Shown piece after piece: positions 10,696 through 22,288 of a stretch of DNA of 64,000 nucleotides. A model generated the notes under the pieces. It had not been told where the DNA came from. It made no database searches and was given only the letters and a program-made list of their open reading frames with translations. The position numbers were made by a program, and so were the translations under genes. This DNA is from Monocercomonoides exilis PA203 (lineage: Eukaryota > Protista > Preaxostyla). How positions within the stretch are numbered: position 1 is the first letter of the stretch; the number at the start of each line of letters is the position of its first letter. The stretch is from positions 620,001 through 684,000 of the forward strand of contig LSRY02000027.1 of NCBI GenBank assembly GCA_001643675.2. The letters run 5' to 3'.

Positions 10696-13600
10696 ATGAG
10701 ATCAACAAGAAGAAATAACAGAACAGCCTTACCTATTTTCAAGGTATTTCGTATTCTGTTATGATCGCATTATTTGTTTATGTCTATTTATTGTTATTTT
10801 TTTGTTAATATTTGTTAAAAATTGATGGATTGCAAATCATATTTTTTAAATTATCAATATGTTAAATTTGCTTGCACTTTTTGTGCAACATGCTTCATTC
10901 CACTTAGGATGTAGAAGTTGAAATCGTCAACAATGAAAGTTTGCTTTTTAACCATTGTGCTTGATCTTTGTTCGTTCATACTTTTTCAAAAATTTCAGTC
11001 ACCAATAAACTGGATGAGTTATCCACAAGATTGCAGTATGCATATAATTTTGCTTTTCCATATTTCATGGCATGCTATTTTAGATCGAAAAAGTACAAAA
11101 ATGAAGAATTGCTCGATATTTCAAAGCAAATTAAAGATTTGCTGTCTCAATGTGTTGGAAGCATGGAAACTGTTCCATCATTAATATTATATAATATCAT
11201 AAATGAAAGCAAGACAATACTCAAGGAAACTGTTGATGATAGCGTTGTTGCAGCATACATTTTGGCGGTCGTACACATTATTGATTCAAAATCTTATTCG
11301 GAGCAGCATAGAAAACTTAGGGAGATACAAATTCCACTCACAGCCAAGGAAAAAAGAAACATGTATGTTCCCTATGGTCAAGAGAAGCCAAAAACACGGA
11401 GTCAAATCGTTTCTGATTTTCTGACTTCACCACTTCTACAAAATATCATTGCAGAAGGGGACGTGATACCAGCTGTAGTTGAGCGGATACACGTCACAGA
11501 AAGCGATGAAGCATTGAGCGCGTTGTCCAAGTTAGTTCTTAACTTTGTGAAGATGGCCGACGAAAAAGGAATAGCAACGATGACAGGGCATCATCTTCTT
11601 GATGGTATCGACTCAATTCTCATACGATGTCAGAGCGAAGAAGGATTGTTGGATGCGATTAAAGCCTTGCGAATTATGAATAACATTGGAACGAAGATCG
11701 CCCAGGGGCTTTTTCAAAACTGGCAGAAAGAGTATCGAAATCATTGTTTTGAGGCTGTCTTGACAGAAATTGTTGTTGGGAATAGAACCAGAGGAATTGC
11801 AAGAGAGAAGATTAATTTCAGCATTCCGTCATATCGAAATGCTGTGGACGTTCAATGTGAGGTGGAAAATGTCGAAAGTCTATACGATGAAATTCCACTG
11901 ACTGATGACGAAAAGCAGCAAATCAGAAGGGAAATGCCAGCAGACATTGAGGACGGAGAAGAAAATGAAGAAGAAGAGGATGAGAATGAAAAGTCTGAAA
12001 TTAAACAAAAGAAACAGAAAGGGAAAAATGCAAAGGATAGCGCAAAAGCGAAGCCCAAACCGAAATCAAAAGCAAAAGCAAAAGCAGTTGGCAAATCGAA
12101 GACTGGAAAGAAGGCAAACGAGGAATCTGAACAAACTAAAAGAAAGCAAGGAGCAGAAATAAAAGCTAAAAATCCTTCTGCCTCAGTAACAGCTGCTGAA
12201 ACATCTGCATCTCGTAATGCATCGAGCATATCTCCTATTTCATTTCAAGTTCGCATCGAAGCCGCCTTAGCTCTGGTGAATGGTGGAACGTATTTTGGGA
12301 TGCTTTTGCCAATGAAGAGCCTTGCACGTGCTCTTGTGGAAGGGATAAGGTTACCGGATGGTATTGAAGAAGAATATTTGAAAAAGAAAAATGAAAATTT
12401 ACCAGAAGCAGTAGGAAGTGAAGCAAATGATGAAGGATCTTATGCCGTTATGGAAAATGCAATTAGATTGATGAATGGAAAGATTGACATTCCTAAGATT
12501 CAGCATTGCATTTTTTGTATTGATTCTCTAGCTTTTCAAAATGGTTTGTGCATAAATTGAATATTAGTGAATAATTATTGAAAAATACTTGAACTTATTC
12601 TATCTTATTAAAAAATGTTTCGATTAAATGGAACTTGTAGTTCACACCAGACGAGAAAATAAGCTTTCAGATTCGCAGGTGAAGGAGTTAATGGAAGTAT
12701 TGATCCGTTTGAGCAAGTCTGAATTTTATTTTTATTACTTTGCTGAGAATTTGATTTAAATGAATTAATTGATTTTCATCGTGTCAATTATTTGTAAATA
12801 GATTTCCTGATGGATTATTTTTCAATTTGTCGAGTCATTGCATCGAAAGCCTTTGTGCAGTGTACCGAAGTCAAATGAAGCAACTATTTCTTTCGGTATA
12901 TGAAAAGCAGTTGGTGGAGGACTTAAAACTTGCGGAGGAAGAGATGAAGAAGATCGTGGAAGCAGAGAGCAAGATGAAAGAAGAAAAGGCAAAAGAAGTT
13001 ACCATGGAAGTCAGTACGCAGAATGATCCTTGGTACTATAATTCATATGATAATTTTGATAAAAAGCCTTTACCGTTTAATTTTGCAAGAAAACCTTCTT
13101 ATACTGAGTTTGAATCCAAGTCTGAATATGACTTGCTGTGCATGATGAGTAGTGGGTTATTAAGCCTTGAAAAGAAAAAATACATGCAGAACTTATCACA
13201 AATATTCGTCCCTCGAAACACTGCTTACGGATTTGGCTTCAGAGCGAACAAGCAATCTTTATCAGTTCCGAAATATCATTACTCTTTGACGGCACTACGT
13301 GTCAATCACTCACTCAACGTTATTTCTTGCATGCACAAACTTGAGTATGATAACAGTGATGAGATTGCAATAAAGCAGTATTTTGAGGTATTGGTATCTC
13401 GTATGGCTCGTCCTTTCCCTCTGATTGCACCAACTTCTGTTGGGCAGCTATCCAGCGCAGTGTATCAACTTCAGTCTCTTGAGTCTATTCAGAATTCGAT
13501 TGACCTGTTTGTATTGAAAGTGATGACGAATGTTGTAAAGGAGCTTCCATTCGTGTTCAAAATGGGGTTTGTCAACGTTCTGTTCGAATGGTTGGCAAAC

Positions 13601-14242
13601 GGCAAAGACTCAAACGCATCAACAATTTACATAGCAATTCAAATAATTCGTGAGACCTGTATTGTTTATATGGATATCTCCAGGCAAAACAGAATCGATG
13701 AAGTTGTTCCATACAACGAAAGCGTGGTGGAGCGAAATAAATATAACTCAGTTGAAGGTAACAAACCATGGATGGGCCCACAATTATACCAAGTTAATGT
13801 AATTTCTGTATTGGAGAAGAATAAGTGCTATGACGATAATCATGTAATGTTCATGGTTGATCCAGTTTCAAATAAGATGCCACAACTGAAATTGCAAGAT
13901 TTTACAGAGGATGCATGCGAACTTTCAAAAAGAGAAAACATTGGAGCATATCTTCTACGTTTTATTGATGATGCAATAGAAGAATATGGAATTCGTGATC
14001 TTGTTGAAAGTACTGTTCAATCCGACAATATTCAGTTGTTTTGGAAGTGTTCCGGTGGATTACCAACAATTAACCGGAAAATTATTGGGAGAAACGTTGG
14101 TATATATGATTCTAATGATATTTCACAGCTTCCGCTTGTTGAATTTGAAATGACTCCAGTAGATTTGCGTGAAGTGGAGAATGACAGAAGGCTTGGTGCT
14201 GCTAACTTTTATCGTCCGGTTCCGTTAATGATAGCCAATTAA
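10696..14242 (+). CDS. Hypothetical, probably largely alpha-helical protein with a central Lys/Glu-rich segment, 5 exons
   Basis: Exons 10696-10743, 10908-10938, 10999-12543, 12641-12716 and 12802-14242 join in frame through GT-AG introns, merging track ORFs 10968..12560 and 12827..14242. No family motif recognised. Confidence 0.75.
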
Positions 14243-14646
14243 ATTTTATCTTTAGCTAATGAACAAATTGTTCCTTAAATTAATTTGAACTGTTGAGTAT
14301 TCGTTAGATTGTTTGTTGAATTTCTAGCTATTCTCTTTTCTCTCTATCTTCACTTTCACTTTTAAAATCTTTTTAATATGGATCATTGTTTTTGAAACCA
14401 CTTTTTTCTGTTTATTTTATTTTGTATAAAATGTTTTCTATTTTAAAACTTGTTCAGAATTTATTTATTATTCAAATTTTATTTTATTTTTATTTTTTAA
14501 TATGATTGATAGATTATTCTGAGCATTCAAAATACCAAAAAATGTTCCAGAGAGTATGTAAAGATATTTTTTTGATTGATGAGCATTGCAATGGAAATAT
14601 TATCAAAATTAATGTTTGAATTTATTATCTTTGAAAACCATATATC

Positions 14647-15132
14647 ATATGGCTGATCCTTTTTGAAATCATACTTTCGTTCGAGTTTTGATCTAAAAAT
14701 TTTTCTTAAAGGGATTTTGAAAAATTGAACAAAACATGAGGCAAAATATTTTGCATCAGTCATTTTCATTGAAAAATAATGCACTTTTCATTGATTTTTT
14801 AAGGTCAAAGAACACAATAAAAATGGGTTCATTTTTTGTCATTAGTGAAATTTTGGAAAACTTAATGTTTTGATTTCAACGATGACTGTTTTCTGATAAG
14901 AAAATCAAATTTATTTAGATATCTGAGAAAGCTAAATAAAGTTATGAGTGAAGCAATTTTTCTATGCCTTGTGCAAAAAAAGCTTGAAAGTCCGTATTTT
15001 CCCCCACATGTTAACACATATTGTTCATTATGTTGTTTTAATTATAACAAAATTATTTTTTAAATTACATTGAAATTTTATTTTTGATCAAAACTCGAAC
15101 GAAAGTGTGATATCAAAAAAGATCAGCCATAT
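14647..15132. repeat. Inverted repeat pair A: 47-bp arms at 14647-14693 and 15086-15132; MITE-like
   Basis: atatggctgatcctttttgaaatcatactttcgttcgagttttgatc matches the reverse complement of 15086-15132 at 44 of 47 positions. Confidence 0.85.
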
Positions 15133-16560
15133 AGAAAATTGAATTTTCGAAAAGCAAAACTTGAAGATGTTCGAATTTTTATAATAATGTTTCATATTTG
15201 ATAAATGAATTTCTTTTTGTATTTTTAAACTTATCTCGATGTTGAATTTAATAAAAATATCTATTCAGTCTGAACAGGTTATTATCACACAAATATAACC
15301 AACCTCTGTTAAAATCATATATTTTAATGAAACAATATTTTTTGCTCGTTTCAAACTTATTTTTCATATCATATTATCACTATTTATTACACTATTTGTA
15401 ATTTTTTCTTAGAAAAATCGATTTTTTTGAACAATATTTTGAAAATTTCAATTTTTCAAAAACGAAGAAGAATAAGTCTGAATTTTTTATGTGTATGATA
15501 AAAAAAAGAGAGATTGATATTAAATACTGTGAATTTGTGAAGAATTATCGAAAATGGAAAATATGTCCTTAAATCAAAAAATAGATAAACTTATATTAAA
15601 TCTTCTCTGTGGAAATACGTGTCATGTGTTATCACAATCGGACAAATTCACAATTAGTTGAGCAAGACCCGACGTGATAATATCCGAATCAGACTGTATT
15701 TTCGAAGAAATATCTTTTTTCTGGGTGTTGATAATGGAAAGGTTTTTTGTCATTCACAGAAAAATCTGATTAATGAATATGAAATTAATTATTTTTATTT
15801 TCAAAAGAAATTTTTAAGATGAATAAATGAAAAAGTCAAATCATGATCTCCTTTAAACCGTTCACAGTATTTTCTAACAAACTTTATTTAATTTTTATTT
15901 ACAAAATTTATGGAAAATAAAATAATGATTTGAAATTATCATCCTATTTAATATTAATATTTATTTTTTTGAAAATTTCATTTCTTCCAGAATGTGGATC
16001 ACAAAAAAACTTGTCGAAATTTGCAAAGAAAGTTTTCATTCAAATTCTTGATAAATAGCAATTTCTTCGAAAGTTGATGTTCAAGTTGAATTTTTGATAA
16101 TAATATTTTCGAAGAAAGATTTTCCTTTTCATTGTTCATTTAAGGATTCAAAAAGAAATAAAACAACGAAAATTTTTTTTGTGGAAATAATTCGATCAGA
16201 ATAACAAACAAACATGTTTTGAATAAGGTTCAGTATTATAGAAAATTTTTTTCTCTTTATAATTGTATAAATTGGTCACCTTTTCATTAAAAGGAAAATA
16301 CGGACTTTCAAGCTTTTTTTGCACAAGGCATAGAAAAACTGCTTCAGTCACAACTTTATTTCACTTTCTCAGATTTCAAAATTAATTTGAATTAAATGTC
16401 AGAAAACAGGCATCGTTGAAATCAAGACATAAAGTTTCCCAACATTTCACTAATGACAAAAAATGAACCCATTTTTATTGTGTTCTTTAATCTTAAAAAG
16501 TCAAAGAAAAGTGCATAATTTTTCAATGAAAATGCTTGTATCAATATTTATTGCCCCATA
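14736..16560. repeat. Inverted repeat pair B: ~265-bp arms at 14736-15002 and 16293-16560; possible non-autonomous TIR element or dispersed repeat
   Basis: Perfect 46-bp block at 14957-15002 vs 16293-16338 and perfect 45-bp block at 14807-14851 vs 16444-16488. The alignment is collinear but more diverged elsewhere. Confidence 0.92.
15263..15699. repeat. Inverted repeat pair C: 26-bp arms at 15263-15288 and 15674-15699
   Basis: attcagtctgaacaggttattatcac vs gtgataatatccgaatcagactgtat; 21 of 26 positions complementary. Confidence 0.55.
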
Positions 16561-16926
16561 TGAATAAAAGCAACAATAGCAACACGACTGAAATACATTG
16601 AATGAAGAGATTTTAACAAACAAATTTGTTAGTGGAGTTTTAAAAAAACAATATTTAAATCATTCCACCTTTTTATTTTTTTATTCATTTTAAATTTTCT
16701 TATGTCAAATTTGTGAACACAAACTTAAATCAAGTTTTTCACCAAAGAATCAAATTGAAAATAAGTTAATTTAGTATATTACCGTTGATTTCTTCATTAT
16801 TAATTGCTGAGATAATTTCCTCAAAATATAAATTATATTGAGAAAATTGATCAAGTTTTGATAATTAAACTTTTTTTGTTTCCTTTGTTGAAGTTGTGCA
16901 ACTTATCTTTTTAAAAAAGCATATAA

Positions 16927-19900
16927 ATGTATGCAATTTTACTGATTTTTTTAGTCCAACAGATAAAAATTTGTTTTTTAAAAGGGCTCGTGATTCTTCA
17001 AAATCATCCTCTGCAAAAATTGCACCTGCTGCACCTCCTTCCAGAAAATTTAAAAGACCATCGACTACTTTTTTTCCTGCTGTTATCACGCTGGTTACAT
17101 CATCATTAGGAGCTGAACTCCTTGGGCTACCTTTGGCCTATGCTAAATCAGGCCTGATTATCAGCATTATCATGGGTGTTTATGTGCAATTGATGTCTTT
17201 GATTGGAATGTTCATGTACTGCTATTGTGCGGATGCAGTTGGAAATTACACACTTGGAGGAGTTTGCTAAAGCAAGGATTTATCTCAATTTTTTTTATTA
17301 TTCATTTATTTCTAATTTAGCTTGCAATTCGTTTTTATGGGGGTTTAGGACTGTTACTAATGGAATTGTCTGCATTCCTCGATACATTTGGGTCAATTTG
17401 GGCTTTTTCTATTTTGATAGCAGATTATATTCCTTCTTTTATGCGCTTTGCTGGATGTGATCCAAATGCATTTTATACACAGCCATGGTTTTCGATATTG
17501 GTTGTAGGATTTATCGTATTACAGCCATTGTCATGGGTTAAAGGGTTAGAGGAGCTATCATTCACTTCATTTTTAACAACAGTGGGAATGCTTTTTGTTG
17601 TAGTTGTCGTAATAATACACACCGTTAATCCACATCCCGAGCCAGGCGAAGAACCTCCTGACGTTGAGTTAATACACCCAAGCATTACTATTATTCAAAC
17701 ATTTTCGACAATGCTTTACTCTGCTGTATGCCATGAAAATATACCAATTATGATGGGAGAAGTGAAAGGAAGATCAAGAACACTGATGTACAAAGTATCT
17801 GTAACAGTTCAGTGCGTGATAATTGCTCTCTATGTAGCGACGGGAGTTTTTGGCTATCTGGGATTTGGAGACGATTTGCTGGAGACTGAAGGATCAGGGA
17901 ATATTCTGACACTATTTCCTGATAATGATATCTTGGCGCTTGTTGCTCGTGGAGTGATGCTGGTAGTGATTGTGTTCTGCTATCCACTTCAAATGCTGCC
18001 AGCGCGTCTTGCAATGAAAAATATTATCACGATGCTTTATCGTGCATACAAAGAAAGCCAGAGGAAGAAGAAGGAGAAGAAAAGGGAAAAGGAGATGATT
18101 GAAAAGCAAGCTTTGCGAAGACATCGTCAGCTGAAAGAAAAAGAATACGAGAAGAAAGCAATGAAAAGAGAGCTGGACCGTTCAATGGGCGTGAGCTCTG
18201 AGAGCGACAAAGAGATAGCAGAGGACACAGAGGCAGAGAATGAAAGTGCGATAGAAGGTGGGCACGAAGAAGAAGATGAAGTTGAGAAGGAGCTGATGGT
18301 GGAAGAAGACGAGCAGCTGAAGCGCAAGATCCAAAAGGACAGAGAAGAAGGCATCGACGACCGCCAGCCGATTTCGCACTTCCGGCTGGTGAAGACGACT
18401 GCTGATTTTTACGGGAACGACCTGGATCTACCGACTGACGAGGAAGACTCGCTCCACACGTCGCTTTTGGGCGATGCTCCCGGCACGACAAAGAGGAGGT
18501 CTGGAAGCCGCTCCAAGACCATTTCGTATGCGGGCGAGCTCCGCGGGGAGCTGAGAAATCACAGGCCGAGCTCTCCTTCGTTCTTTGATGCATTCGACAC
18601 CATGATGCTCCCGAAGCCAGCATACGATGTGTTCTGCACACACGAACAGGACAACATCACAAACGAGGAGTATGCGGTGGAAAGCGGATACGAGTTTGTT
18701 GGAGGCAAAGCACTTCCAGGATCTGTCTTCTTGTCCACAACACAAGAGCTTGCTGCGTCCTCTTCAGAACTGGAACAAGGGGAAGCAGAGAGCTTTGGTG
18801 CAAAAGGGAACATTGTGCCGATGGTAACACAGAATGCGCCTGAAGAGGAAACAGCCACTCAGTCAGCCAGCAGCACAGCTGTTTCAGCAGCACTTGGCGA
18901 GTCAGCATCGTCGTCGACTGATGCGCAATCATTGTCTGATCCTTCAATGCCGACAATCCATGTCTCTTCTATCGAGCCTACGATCGATACAACCGCCAAG
19001 CACATTCCGCTCCTGTCGTATTCATCGTCAGAGGATGGAGTTCTGAAGGCAGATGCAGCGAACGATATTGATGTGCAGCGCGATTCAAGCGACACTTCGT
19101 GGTCAATGCTGTCGATGACTGAAGAGGCTGAGAAGAAGAAGAGAGACATGTGGCGCAAGACGCTGCAGATCACTTCGGCTGTGGCAGCATTCAAGAGCGG
19201 TGCAAAGTCGAAGCAGGCACCAAGTTCACTTCATGAAGTCAATGCTTCTGTATCACCTGCACTTTCTACCAACACAATCACATCGTCTTCTACTTCTCCC
19301 TCTTTGGAAGATGCTGCTGATGATACAAGCAATGCGATGTCTGAAGTGCCTCTTCTTTCGTCTGATTCATCTCAAAGAGCATCTCCATCTGGATCTGATT
19401 CGAACGCAACAACTGCCGCTGCCTCCAGTTCTTCTTCTTCTTCTTCTTCTTCTTCTTCTTCTTCTTCTTCTTCTTCCTCCTCTTTATCTTCTCCATCTGA
19501 ACCATCAGAGCCTTCTTCAAATCAGACTCGCCAAAAATCCAACAAAATATGCTGCATGAAGAAGGACACTTTCATCAACTGCCTCATCGGCTCGTTCCTG
19601 TGCTATCTTGGAATGATACTGGCATATCTGCTGCCAGAAGTCAATCTTGTGTTCGATATTGTGGGCGCCACAGCCGGCACTGCCATCATCTGCCTCTTCC
19701 CTGCTGCGTTTATGCTGAAGCTGCTGAACAACCCGAGGAAGTACGTGACGCGGAAGAGATACTTCGATCCAGACGATCCGTATTGTGTTGCACGCAACCA
19801 GCGCCGTGTGAAAAAGCTGCTGACGAAGAACAACGGATGCACCTGTGCCCGCTGCATTTCTGTTTATTTCCTTATCTTCGGATTCATCATGGGCCTTGTG

Positions 19901-19969
19901 TCGCTGGCAATGGCAATCATCTTTGATACGCCTCTTGAGAAACTGCTGGACAGTGATTTTTTTGATTAA
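16927..19969 (+). CDS. Amino-acid transporter, AAAP/SLC38 (Aa_trans) family, with a ~500-aa hydrophilic insertion before the last TM helices
   Basis: Motifs: TLVTSSLGAELLGLPLAYAKSG (TM1), PLSWVKGLEELSFTS, YSAVCHENIPIM, GVFGYLGFGD, FCYPLQMLPAR and VFDIVGATAG..ICLFPA. Introns 16929-16984 (splits AT|G) and 17262-17320 are both in frame. Confidence 0.92.
19430..19480 (+). repeat. (TCT)n coding microsatellite, poly-Ser
   Basis: Run of TCT codons inside the transporter insert. Confidence 0.9.
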
Positions 19970-20705
19970 GCATATTCATTCAGAATTGAGTGCGTGTTTC
20001 GATTTTATTGTTTTTTTTTCCTACAACTTTTTGAATTATTTACTTAATTTTTCTTTTTGTTCATTTTCATTTTCACACGTTATTTTGCATTTCCGTTGTT
20101 CTTTTTTGATTAACATTCAAAATGTGAGGTTCTTTATTCTGAAGTTACTCAATTATGTTCTTGCTGATAGTTCGATTTTTTGTTTAGAAAGCAAAGTTTT
20201 CGTGTTATTTTTGGAGATTTAGTTAACGTGTTACAGTTTATTTATTTCATTTTTATTTTAATTCTTAGACTTAAATTCTTTAATTCTTTAATTATTTCGT
20301 AATTATTTTTTGTTATCTTTATCTATGAAAATTTGTCAGCAACTTGCACATTATATATTTTCACTGTCTAATTATTTCTTTTTGCTTTCTCCACTGTACC
20401 ATCAAGTGCGTGATTTAATACCTTGTGCTCGTTAACTTATTTGCTTTCCTTGTTTGAAAAGAAATCCAAAGGGAAAAAAAAAGAGCAATTTTAATAATTT
20501 TGTTTGGTCTTTCTCAATGTTTTTGATACTTTCAAATTACAAGTCAATATTTACTCACTTGTTTGAAGATTGCATATAATGTATATTTAAGATATATTTG
20601 TATATGACTGAATTTTGAATGGCTTAAGGCTTTACAACTTTTGTGAATGCTGTGGACTTCTCTTTTGTGTAAACTCTTTTTTTGATGAGTTCAGTGTTAA
20701 TGTTT

Positions 20706-20820
20706 TCTCCCTCCCTCCCTCCCTCTCTTTCTTTTTCTCTATATCTTTCTCTCTCTCTTTCTTTCTCTCTCTCTTTCTCTCTATCTTTCTTTCTCTCTCT
20801 CTTCTTCAATTTCTCTTCTC
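20706..20820. repeat. CT-rich simple repeat
   Basis: (CCCT)n/(CT)n/(CTTT)n polypyrimidine stretch downstream of the transporter. Confidence 0.85.
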
Positions 20821-22288
20821 AGTTTCTGAATAATTCTATAGTTTATGGCTTCATTTCGCATCTATGTTTTGAGTGAAACTATTCATTTCCTGTGGATTAA
20901 ATAAAATTTTGATATTTTTTTTTAAAAAAAAACGCACATTTAGCTATTTCAACCTTTTAAAAAAGGTGAGAGAGGAACAAAATTAGTTGCTTTATTTTGG
21001 GTTTTTTTGGAGATGGAAAATGAAATACTTGAAGTCTGCCAAACTGAAAATCGAAGTGAGATACAGCAAAGATGCCTATGCTTAAATAATTAAAAAAATG
21101 GATATTTTCACAGAAATAGAATTGAACTTCAATATTTGTGAAAACGCATTTATGAATGACTAAAATGAAAATCTCCAAATAAAATAGCATCTGTGATTGT
21201 AAATAAAGAAATTAAAAAGATGATTCATAATTAATTCTTTTTTCGCCAACTGAAAAAAGAAAAGCAAGAAATATGCAATACTCAATATAAAAACAGAGGG
21301 AAAGCGCGTTAAATTTTGCATTCAGAAAGATGAAGTACAACAATGCTAAATAAGACGCAAATAAAAATTTAATAAATAAGAAAATACAAAAACTTTAATA
21401 AAGCAACGCAGAATCATTTATTTGCTGATTGATCACAAATACTTTAGTCATTCAATGAGTTGGTCAAAAATGGATCCTTGAGGCAAATAGCCACACAAAA
21501 GACAGAATAAAGCCGGTATACACAAACGTTCGAAAGAAAATGCAACAACAAAAAGAGAAGTTGTTAGAAACAGAAAAAAATAGAATATAGTTTGTTGTTG
21601 GTTAGAAACAAAGGGAAATGTGTTTTTGTAAGAAAGATAAGTATTGTGCGAAAGAATTACTTATTCAAAAAAAAGAGCTTATAACAATCACATAGATAAG
21701 CCAATACAAACGAATGAATTAGCCGCAACGCTCCAGTTAATAAATAAGTGAAGAAAAATATAACACATAAGAATAGAGCAATGAGCGTATAGAAAGATTT
21801 TTAATGCAAGAGCTTCAACCTCTGCCAAAAGCCATTTTTTTTGAAAGAATGATTCAGAAGTAACTTTAAAAAAGCACACGAAACAAAAACTGAATAAACA
21901 ATTAATTCAAAACCACTCACAAATACTTATTCGTCAATCACAGTTTCTAATTAAAACAACTTAAAAACGATATCTCAAATTATTAAACAGAAAAATAGCC
22001 ATATACAAAAGAGAAACAAGACGCTCAAAGATATATAGAAAATCATTATTTCAGATGATATACAGAAAACAAATAAATAAGAAACAGAGAGATACAAATA
22101 AAAACTCAAAGAATTTCATTGGATATACATCCAAGGAAACATTCTTTGCAAAATTTGATGAGAGAATTGTTAGTCGAAAGTATTTATAGAGTTCATTTTG
22201 TCAAATGTATTTAAATAAAAATAAGACAACTTCAAAACTACTATAAAAGAATATATTGGAAATACAAGTAAGATATATATACAAACAG

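Noticed and set aside
10962-10964. In-frame TGA as selenocysteine or readthrough
   Set aside because: It falls inside a plausible GT-AG intron (10939-10998) whose removal keeps the frame.
14527-16560. Autonomous DNA transposon
   Set aside because: No transposase-like ORF or DDE motif and no clear target-site duplication. ORF 14527..14784 looks like AT-rich noise.
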